From positions 1 to 46,004 of IMG/VR virus record IMGVR_UViG_3300033067_000212: 46,004 bases of DNA. One strand, given 5' to 3'. Under the pieces are notes generated by a model that worked only from the letters and a program-made list of their open reading frames with translations, did no database searches and had not been told where the DNA came from. Position numbers and translations under genes: made by a program. Source of the DNA: a virus (lineage: Duplodnaviria > Caudoviricetes). Positions 30,882 through 37,789 of this stretch are shown here, one piece after another; position 1 is the first letter of the stretch; each line of letters opens with the position of its first letter.

Positions 30882-30896
30882 GCGGCATGTTGTCGC
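30882..30896. promoter_or_regulatory. possible RegR/RegA(PrrA)-type box
   Basis: GCGGC-ATGTT-GTCGC fits the GCGGC-N5-GTCGC RegR box; single occurrence. Confidence 0.3.
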
Positions 30897-31028
30897 AGGG
30901 TCTAGGATGTTAAAGATTTGTCAGAAAATTTGTAAATTTCCCGCCGCCACCTGCGGCCTGGTACACGCCTAACCCATTAAGATTGTTAATCTTTCTCCAA
31001 AGGAAGACGCGACAAGCGTCGTGAGCCC

Positions 31029-31160
31029 TCCGCCCATGTCGGTGTTGTGGATGTGGCCGCCGGTCCAGCACATGATCTCGCCGTCGTGGAACACCGGCTT
31101 CCACAGGTGCAGGTCGGGCGTGTGGGTGGCGAGGAAGCCGCTGTAGGGATCGTTGGCGAG
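31029..31160 (-). pseudogene. internal fragment of a bacterial hydantoinase B/5-oxoprolinase gene
   Basis: Reads LANDPYSGFLATHTPDLHLWKPVFHDGEIMCWTGGHIHNTDMGG (NDPY..H.PD..PVF.DGE..H..D.GG), with high-GC codons. Confidence 0.8.
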
Positions 31161-31258
31161 GCGCGTAGGGCTTGCCGCTCGGCCGATGGGTCATCGCCCC
31201 GGGCAACACGCCGAAGGGCTTCCTGCGCGATCCTACGGGCTTCCTCGATGCTGAAAGC
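31160..31258 (-). pseudogene. fragment of a tyrosine integrase arm-binding domain
   Basis: Reads AFSIEEARRIAQEALRRVARGDDPSAERQALRA. Confidence 0.7.
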
Positions 31259-31393
31259 GTCGCTAGACGCGACTTAACGGGGTACCCGCCGGTCGAGAAC
31301 AGCATCTCGCGCACGCGATAGACCTGGTTAGTTGTTTTGTCAGAAATTATGTGTATATACCTGACCAATAGAAAGCCCGAGAGGTGGCATCAG

Positions 31394-32083
31394 ATGTCTG
31401 GCGTAGCTGACAAAATCTTGAATCGTGTGCGCGGTCATGGCCGGGGGGTACGCGTGTACATCCCGAAGGACTTCCTCGACCTGGGCAGCCGTGCCTCCGT
31501 CGATCAGGCCTTGTCGCGTCTGTGCAAGGCCGGGACGCTCCGTCGTGTGGGTCGCGGTCTCTACGACTGGCCTCGCCATAGCGTCGTGCTGGATCAGCCT
31601 GCTCCCGCGAGCATCGATGCCGTGGTGGATGCCGTGAAGCGGCGCGCCAACGTCCAGGTCGTGCCGGGAAATTTGGCTGCCGCCAACGCGCTCGGGCTAA
31701 CTCATGCGGTGCCTACTCGCCCGGAGTTCCTGGCAAGCCGTCATCTTGGCGATGTCACGATCGGCAATCGCACGGTGACTTTCAGCGCCGCCGGTGCAGT
31801 TCTGTCCCCGTGGCTCGACACACCGGCAGCGGTTATCGTGCAGGCACTCGTTTGGCTGCATGACAATGCCAGAGACCGATTGACTGATGCCGTTCCGACC
31901 CTGCGCAAGCAGGCGTCAAACGACGCAAAGCGCTCGTTGGCGAAGGGTCTCAACAAACTCCCGGGCTGGGCCATTCCAGCCGCTCGCAGCATTGTGGAGA
32001 ATCGGGCACCACCGGCAGCATCGGCACGCCGACACGCTCGTAGTCGCGGAAGCGGTCGCTATAAGTCATTAACTCCAAAGTAA
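31394..32083 (+). CDS. DUF6088-family (AbiEi-like type IV antitoxin / wHTH regulator), orphan, with chimeric C-terminus
   Basis: PKDFLDLGSRASVDQALSRL..GTLRRVGRGLYD and AANALGLTHAVP; GAGGTG RBS; GC-rich; no toxin gene follows. Confidence 0.85.
   Translation: MSGVADKILNRVRGHGRGVRVYIPKDFLDLGSRASVDQALSRLCKAGTLRRVGRGLYDWPRHSVVLDQPAPASIDAVVDAVKRRANVQVVPGNLAAANALGLTHAVPTRPEFLASRHLGDVTIGNRTVTFSAAGAVLSPWLDTPAAVIVQALVWLHDNARDRLTDAVPTLRKQASNDAKRSLAKGLNKLPGWAIPAARSIVENRAPPAASARRHARSRGSGRYKSLTPK
32007..32054 (-). pseudogene. fragment of heme O synthase (protoheme IX farnesyltransferase, CtaB/CyoE family)
   Basis: Reads RFRDYERVGVPMLPVV, matching the DY...GVPMLPVV motif. Confidence 0.6.
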
Positions 32084-32152
32084 CTTGTCTATGGAATCCT
32101 GTGATTGTTCGGAGCTAATAGCGAACTCGCTTCGCTCGTTCTTCAGTCGAGT

Positions 32153-32561
32153 AAGACGCGACTAGCGTCGCTTAGCTTCGGATAAGGCACTCACGGTGCC
32201 TTGCACTAGCTGCCATCCCCTAGACGGGAACCGGCTAGCAACGGGGATGCTTTGATCACGGGCATGGTGTAGCAACCTTGCCCTATGGTTAGAGTACATC
32301 CACTAGGTAACGCCATGGGCAACATGGTGTTGTGCGAATTGATGCCGTGCCATCGAAGCGATAGCAGTCCCGTTAGGCAATCCAGCGGGGCGCGGGATAT
32401 CCTTTGCTAGTCGTGTTTCGTATCGGTTACGCATGACCTATGCACACTTGCGAGTGTGGTTAGGTGTAGCGTATGCGGTACTTCAAGTCACACTTGCGAA
32501 GCCATATCACCCATATGATCGTTATCCTACCTTCCATATCAAGCGACACTAGTCGCGTCTT
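32153..32561 (+). ncRNA. candidate large structured non-coding RNA
   Basis: No ORF of 60 aa or more, several nested helices with G-U pairs on +, closed by a 20/21-bp inverted motif pair. Confidence 0.5.
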
Positions 32562-32585
32562 CCGTTATCGACAAGGGAGTCTGCC

Positions 32586-32786
32586 ATGTACCGCTATGAC
32601 CGTAAGAATGACAAGCTAATGACAATCGACACGGCCAAGCCTCACGAAATGCCGGACGTTATCCAGTATGAGCCGACCCGTGGAATGATGCGTGGTGTGC
32701 CTAAGGTGTATCCGAAAAGCCACGATAACTCTGGCAAGTGTGCCAAGGTATCGGGCGGCTATGTTCAATTGAAGTATTCGCGTTAA
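32586..32786 (+). CDS. early hypothetical protein
   Basis: GGGAG RBS; the stop codon overlaps a motif copy. Confidence 0.7.
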   Translation: MYRYDRKNDKLMTIDTAKPHEMPDVIQYEPTRGMMRGVPKVYPKSHDNSGKCAKVSGGYVQLKYSR

Positions 32787-32849
32787 GACGCGACAAGCAT
32801 CGCTATAGGATCAAGCCGGACAATAGCCCGGCTTTCGTTCCCTTACGAC

Positions 32850-32879
32850 GCCTATTAACATCGTGTTAGTAGGTCTTTT
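32850..32879 (+). terminator. terminator-like hairpin
   Basis: GCCTATTAACA-TCG-TGTTAGTAGGT followed by CTTTT. Confidence 0.45.
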
Positions 32880-32895
32880 AAGGGAACAAACTACA

Positions 32896-33507
32896 ATGGC
32901 AATCGCTGTTACCAAGGATGGTGCTACGCTTTCCAAGCTCATTACGGGCATAAGGCGTCGCACTGCTTCGTTGCAAGCGGACATGCATGTCATCGCTGTC
33001 TCATGCGTCATGCACGCCGTCGAATTCGGCAATGCCTTGCCTGCAACTCAATTCGTCGAAGCTCTGACCGGAGGCAGCAAGTCGTATGCCATCCGTGTGA
33101 ATGCTTTGAAGAAATGGTTCGAAGAAGTCGGATGCTTCACTTGGAACAAGGAGGAAACTCCGGGCTTCAAGATGAACGCCGCTCGTCGTGCCATGCTCAA
33201 GGGTATGGACGAAGCCAAGGCTATCGCCACCTTGTCTAAGGTTCCGTTCTGGGAATACGCACCGGAACCGGAGTACAAGGGCTTCGACTTCAATGCTCGC
33301 CTTCTGTCGCTCATTTCCCAAGCGAACAAGGCCAAGCGTGAACACGGCGACGACGAAAAGACCAAGGTTGACGATACCTTGATCGCATCTATCCAGATGT
33401 TGCTCAATCGTACCGATGGCGACGACGACAACAGGGCTTCCGTTCCTATGATTGAAGCCGCTGTACTGGAAGCGTCCAACGTCGACGGCACCTATACCGT
33501 CAACTAG
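32896..33507 (+). CDS. early hypothetical protein
   Basis: Probable ATG start at 32896 (MAIAVTKDG...) after AAGGGA; H..AVSC..HA..FGN and FWEYAPE pattern resembles podoviral early proteins. Confidence 0.8.
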   Translation: MAIAVTKDGATLSKLITGIRRRTASLQADMHVIAVSCVMHAVEFGNALPATQFVEALTGGSKSYAIRVNALKKWFEEVGCFTWNKEETPGFKMNAARRAMLKGMDEAKAIATLSKVPFWEYAPEPEYKGFDFNARLLSLISQANKAKREHGDDEKTKVDDTLIASIQMLLNRTDGDDDNRASVPMIEAAVLEASNVDGTYTVN

Positions 33508-33610
33508 GACGCGACAAGCGTCGCTATAGAAGGCCACACTCCAATAGCGAACTCGCTTCGCTCGTTCTTCACAAGAAACTGTAAGACGCGACAAGCGTCG
33601 CTATAACTAT

Positions 33611-33646
33611 ACCTCGGTTAAGCTAACGCTTAGCCGGGGTTTTTGT
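33611..33646 (+). terminator. intrinsic terminator
   Basis: ACCTCGGTTAAGC-TAAC-GCTTAGCCGGGGT followed by TTTTGT. Confidence 0.8.
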
Positions 33647-33690
33647 GTTCTCATCTTAAAGCGATGCTTGTCGCGTCTGGAGCTATCACT

Positions 33691-33954
33691 ATGGCTGTCA
33701 TTCGGATCGAAGACAAGGATCTTGCTCGGCTTGCGAAGACCGGCAAGAAGAATCACACCACGTCTATCACTATCTACGTTGACGAGGTGAAGCCTGTTTC
33801 TCGGCATCGCTATGCCATCAAGCGTGGCAACGAGACTGTCATCGTCAATCGCGATGCCGTCACTACGGTCTACGCTAAGACGCGACAAGCGTCGCTTGGA
33901 CCGAAGCTCTACAAGGTGAAGGCATCGGCTGCCATCCTCTCGTCTCTGGTGTGA
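33691..33954 (+). CDS. early basic hypothetical protein
   Basis: GGAG RBS, then MAVIRIEDKD...; contains an in-frame motif copy (KTRQASL). Confidence 0.7.
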   Translation: MAVIRIEDKDLARLAKTGKKNHTTSITIYVDEVKPVSRHRYAIKRGNETVIVNRDAVTTVYAKTRQASLGPKLYKVKASAAILSSLV

Positions 33955-34043
33955 AGGAGAAATGTTAGACGCGACAAGCGTCGCTATGTGATCTTTGCCA
34001 TCCTCTCTATCGTCTATGTCATCTACGTATGGAGCAACTAGCT

Positions 34044-34226
34044 ATGAATCCCAACGATACTAAGATGAAGCAAGCACACCTTCAATCCGATCATAGGTGC
34101 CATTGCAATCTCAAGCCGAAGGACTGCAAATTCCCTGACTGCAACGCTGATCGCACACCCAAGCACATCATGCAGACTGTGGTGTCGCTTCTCCCTCCCC
34201 TCGCCAAGCATCTGATGGCTCACTGA
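34044..34226 (+). CDS. small Cys-rich hypothetical protein
   Basis: CHC..C...C pattern; GGAG upstream. Confidence 0.55.
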   Translation: MNPNDTKMKQAHLQSDHRCHCNLKPKDCKFPDCNADRTPKHIMQTVVSLLPPLAKHLMAH

Positions 34227-34228
34227 CC

Positions 34229-34615
34229 ATGCTCTTCTTTGTATACGGCACCCTGATGGAATACTCAGGGCGTATGACTCAGTTCTCTCCTGAAGCACAC
34301 AAGATCGATGACTTCGTACTCGATGGTGCTGTCATCTATTCTTTGGGAGGTTACCCTGGTCTCATCCTCACTGATGACAACACCGATTCTGTCAAAGGTG
34401 AGGTATGGTTTGTCCCTGATAAGGACATACCTAAGTTGGATCGCTATGAATCTGAAGGTTACCTCTACCTCAGACAAGTGGTCACGATCTTCAACGATAT
34501 CGATCCGGTATCTGCGTACATCTACAACCACGATGTGAATGGGTGTACTAAGATACCAGACGGTAACTGGTTGCAGTACATCAACAAAGCAAATAGCGAC
34601 GCTTGTCGCGTCTAG
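34229..34615 (+). CDS. gamma-glutamylcyclotransferase (AIG2/GGCT-like)
   Basis: FFVYGTLM, YPGL, VKGEVW, LDRYE, AYIY and GNW. Confidence 0.9.
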   Translation: MLFFVYGTLMEYSGRMTQFSPEAHKIDDFVLDGAVIYSLGGYPGLILTDDNTDSVKGEVWFVPDKDIPKLDRYESEGYLYLRQVVTIFNDIDPVSAYIYNHDVNGCTKIPDGNWLQYINKANSDACRV

Positions 34616-34625
34616 AGAGGTGTTC

Positions 34626-34742
34626 ATGCGTAAGATACCAACCATTGGTGAGCAAGTCAAGCACATGCTCGTCGCCCTCGCCATTACCGGTGTGTACATT
34701 CTCATCTGTGCTGTACACTCGATCGATATCCGTGCTGTCTAA
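34626..34742 (+). CDS. small membrane protein
   Basis: GAGAGG RBS; MRKIPT... with one TM segment. Confidence 0.55.
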   Translation: MRKIPTIGEQVKHMLVALAITGVYILICAVHSIDIRAV

Positions 34743-34773
34743 TCAACCTCTAGCCTTATGAAAGGGTTTCCAA

Positions 34774-35109
34774 ATGATCGTCTCTACTGCCAAGGCTCGC
34801 TCCCTCAAGCAAGGTGATACCATCAACACTCCCTCGGGTAAGGGTATCATCGGCCATCTGCGTAAGGTGAGCTACGAAATCCCTGCTCGCACTGTCGAAG
34901 CTGTCGTCATGGATGTGACGATGGAAGTCGGCATCGATGGCAACAAGGGTCAGCTTGTCCAGACTGTCCAGTGCTGGGCTGATGATGAAGTTCCTATCAT
35001 GCGTAAGCAAGGCTTCTGGTCTCGCTTGCTTGCTTCGCTCAAGCGTACTCCGAAGGCTACCTCTACCGAGGTGGCTGCTATCAAGGCTGAGTTCAAGGGT
35101 ACTCTCTAA
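34774..35109 (+). CDS. hypothetical protein
   Basis: 111 aa with consistent codon usage. Confidence 0.7.
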   Translation: MIVSTAKARSLKQGDTINTPSGKGIIGHLRKVSYEIPARTVEAVVMDVTMEVGIDGNKGQLVQTVQCWADDEVPIMRKQGFWSRLLASLKRTPKATSTEVAAIKAEFKGTL

Positions 35110-35957
35110 TGAAAGTAGAACTACAGGACTTTTATAGTAAGAATACACCACCAGAATATTTAAAGGTGAATTCTTTTCCTTTCTATGGTAAACCGTACTT
35201 CGGTAATAAGTCGGTTTGCTCGTACCAATTCAGACCTGATAATGAAGAAGGAACTATCTACCGTACACCACTAGCACCATGCTACGCTTCTCTGGCTTTC
35301 AATCCACGCACCAACTATAAGTACCTCGACACCTCTCTCTACATTCTTCATGAGAAAACTTATGACGCATCTCTTGCGTACTACAAGTTTCTCATCGAGG
35401 ATGAACGATCCCCGTTCCGCAAGTACCAGAAATACTTTTCCATTCAGTATGATTCTGAAGGGAGGGTGTCTCACCTAACTACTAAGCTCGGGGAAATCGA
35501 AATGAATTCCGAGCTTATGTGTTTCTACATCGCTACTCGTGCACCATATGAGATGTCAGGTAATGTGGTTGCATTCCATGAACTGACTAAGAAGGGTGTC
35601 GATCCTCGTGTAGCTTTTCTTGCATCCTTCTATATAACGTATATCGAAGATAAACTTTTCTATTCTCCTGCTGATCGAGGACACTCTATGTTTGGCCCTA
35701 TGTATGGGCCACCTCACTACGATGCTTTCTTTCATGGTAAGTTTGCACCTTATGTCAGGGATAAAGGGTTGTATGAGTATATCTTTCATGGTAACGACCC
35801 TATCCCGGAGTTTATCGGTGTCAAGTCCATTTACAAGGGGCCTTTTGCTTACATGTATGATAGATTGACTAGGAAAAGTAATAGTGAATATGTCATCGAA
35901 CTCAAGATCGATGATGTTGTCAAGTATTTGACCACTGCATTCAACAAGTATCTGTGA
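35109..35957 (+). CDS. hypothetical protein of the peptide-ligase cluster
   Basis: 282 aa, TAATG-coupled, aromatic-rich. Confidence 0.75.
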   Translation: MKVELQDFYSKNTPPEYLKVNSFPFYGKPYFGNKSVCSYQFRPDNEEGTIYRTPLAPCYASLAFNPRTNYKYLDTSLYILHEKTYDASLAYYKFLIEDERSPFRKYQKYFSIQYDSEGRVSHLTTKLGEIEMNSELMCFYIATRAPYEMSGNVVAFHELTKKGVDPRVAFLASFYITYIEDKLFYSPADRGHSMFGPMYGPPHYDAFFHGKFAPYVRDKGLYEYIFHGNDPIPEFIGVKSIYKGPFAYMYDRLTRKSNSEYVIELKIDDVVKYLTTAFNKYL

Positions 35958-35963
35958 GGGTGT

Positions 35964-36647
35964 ATGAATAAGGCTACCGACTACGGCATGAAGTATACTT
36001 TCTTCATGCCAACCAGTGACCATCAAGTGATATCATTCCTCACTAAGAATGGCCACTCTGTTGTGTTTGCTAATGAGAAGAATGTCAAGGCTGACATCGC
36101 CATCTTCACCGGTGGTGCTGATGTTCATCCCTTCTTGTACGGTGAGGATGTCCTCAAGTCTACGTCTGTGGATATCCGAAGGGATAAACGAGAGATCAAG
36201 ATGTTTCGTTCTCTCCCTGTTCAGATGCCGAAGGTGGGTATCTGTCGTGGTGCTCAGTTCCTCAATGTCTTGTCTGGTGGTTCTCTTTACCAGCATGTGA
36301 ACAAGCACACCGTACCTCATGATGTATACTCTGATATGTTCTCGACTCCATTCAAGGTATCAAGTACTCATCATCAGGTGATGCGTCCGGCTGAGCACGG
36401 TTGGGTTATGTGGTTTGCTCAAGAAAGTACCGAGGCCCACACCGATACCGAAGTAATCAACACCGCTAAGAATGCTGACTTCATCGAACCGGAGTTGGTA
36501 TGGTACGAGAACACCAATTCTCTGTGCTTCCAAGGTCATCCTGAGTACGATGGTTATCCTGAATTCCAAGAGGCATTCTTCGAGAACATCCACAGCATGT
36601 TCCAAGGTGATGTTCTTAGGGATCGTGAGAAAAGGAAGCCTGCTTAA
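35964..36647 (+). CDS. class I glutamine amidotransferase / peptidase C26-like
   Basis: FTGGADVHP, GICRGAQ, STHHQ and FQGHPE. Confidence 0.9.
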   Translation: MNKATDYGMKYTFFMPTSDHQVISFLTKNGHSVVFANEKNVKADIAIFTGGADVHPFLYGEDVLKSTSVDIRRDKREIKMFRSLPVQMPKVGICRGAQFLNVLSGGSLYQHVNKHTVPHDVYSDMFSTPFKVSSTHHQVMRPAEHGWVMWFAQESTEAHTDTEVINTAKNADFIEPELVWYENTNSLCFQGHPEYDGYPEFQEAFFENIHSMFQGDVLRDREKRKPA

Positions 36648-37789
36648 TGTGTGGTTTGTTTGGAGTACTATCAACCAACTATGCACCGTATGAATGTGAG
36701 TTCTTAACCGGTCTTGGTTGGCTTTCCAATTTCCGTGGTGACCATTCTTCTGGTCTCGCTATCGGTATGGATGACAAGTCACGACAGCATGGCTTCCGTA
36801 CCTGTACCATCACTCGTGTTGGTGGTACTGGTGCATTGTTCGAAGCTGCTAACGTGCAAGAGAAACTGCGTACTAGGGATGTTCGATTTGTTATCGGGCA
36901 TTCTAGGTTTGCTACTCATGGTGCTATCACTCGTGAGAACGCTCACCCTATTGTCGAGAGCCACATCATCGGCACTCACAACGGTACTATCAATGCTCTT
37001 GCACCTCCTAAGGATAACGAGGCTATCGAATCTGATAGCCGTCTCTTCTACCGTCTACTTGCTAAAGAAGGTATTGATGCAGCAGTGGACAAAGCACACA
37101 CTGGTGCTTATGCCCTAGTGTGGGTTAACGCACGAGACGGTACTCTCAACTTCCTTCGTAACGACAAGCGTCCTCTATTTCTTGCTCGTACTAAGGCTAA
37201 TGATACTGTCTTCTGGTCATCGGAACGTAGTTTCATAGAGATGGTTAACTCTCGTACCAATGATAGGTGTGAGAATATCATCTCTCTTCCAACCGATACC
37301 CTATTCTCTACCAAGACAGATGAAATCGACTTCACAAAACGAGAGGTTAAGAAGTCGTACACTCCTGTACGTAGCTTTCTTCCAGCACCTTCTAAGAAAA
37401 CATTCGGACCCGACAATGTGGACATTCACACATACATCCAAAGACAAGCAGATCCACCAGTCGATACTAAGGAACGGAAGAAACTTAAGCTTCTCTTGAA
37501 GGGCAAGTTTTACCGTGGTTTCAATTGTGATAAATGGAATGTCAAGGATGCTACCAATCGTTTGAAGAAAGGATGCACCATCACTGGTGAAATCCCTAAC
37601 GTGTTCTCTAGTGTGTGGTGGTACTCACCTACTGAGTTTGTTACCAACACTGTGTATCACGATAAGGAAGTGATTAAGAACTTCTTCCCCGAGGGAACTG
37701 TGTTCCATTGGGGTGGTGTTTATGAACATAACAAAGGTGCTGATGTCCGTATGCTCGGTCTAACAGGTGAAAGACATGCAATCCACTAA
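36647..37789 (+). CDS. class II (Ntn) glutamine amidotransferase
   Basis: MCGLFG, RGDHSSG, GHSRFAT, NAHP, HNGTI and DS motifs. Confidence 0.9.
   Translation: MCGLFGVLSTNYAPYECEFLTGLGWLSNFRGDHSSGLAIGMDDKSRQHGFRTCTITRVGGTGALFEAANVQEKLRTRDVRFVIGHSRFATHGAITRENAHPIVESHIIGTHNGTINALAPPKDNEAIESDSRLFYRLLAKEGIDAAVDKAHTGAYALVWVNARDGTLNFLRNDKRPLFLARTKANDTVFWSSERSFIEMVNSRTNDRCENIISLPTDTLFSTKTDEIDFTKREVKKSYTPVRSFLPAPSKKTFGPDNVDIHTYIQRQADPPVDTKERKKLKLLLKGKFYRGFNCDKWNVKDATNRLKKGCTITGEIPNVFSSVWWYSPTEFVTNTVYHDKEVIKNFFPEGTVFHWGGVYEHNKGADVRMLGLTGERHAIH

Larger units (their letters stand above)
32117..33571 (+). repeat. 29-bp direct repeat, two exact copies
   Basis: AATAGCGAACTCGCTTCGCTCGTTCTTCA at 32117-32145 and 33543-33571, each a few nt upstream of a 20-bp motif copy. 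Confidence 0.9.
31004..34614. repeat. dispersed ~20-bp motif AGACGCGACAAGCGTCGCT, about 12 copies in both orientations
   Basis: Copies on + at 31004, 32153, 32785, 33508, 33583, 33877 and 33966; on - at 32541, 33660 and 34593; permuted copy at 31255-31273; half copy at 32055. Confidence 0.95.

Noticed and set aside
31160-31258. Functional integrase or temperate lifestyle
   Set aside because: Only 33 codons of an arm-binding domain are present, with no catalytic domain and no recognisable repressor.
30910-31368. 152-aa minus-strand ORF and the overlapping 31047-31277 ORF
   Set aside because: They cross several unrelated fragments; the recognisable hydantoinase and integrase similarities are in other frames.
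32180-32585. Cobalamin riboswitch, tmRNA, tRNA or group I intron
   Set aside because: Only scattered short resemblances (GGGAA, GCAATCC, GGGGATG); no B12 box, TpsiC/CCA end or intron P7 core was seen.
32855-32869. CtrA-like TTAA-N7-TTAG
   Set aside because: Better explained as the arms of a terminator-like hairpin.
31004-34614. CRISPR array interpretation of the 20-bp motif
   Set aside because: Spacing is irregular (tens to hundreds of nt), copies occur in both orientations and inside genes, and there is no cas operon. The Cas4-like gene is an ordinary phage exonuclease.
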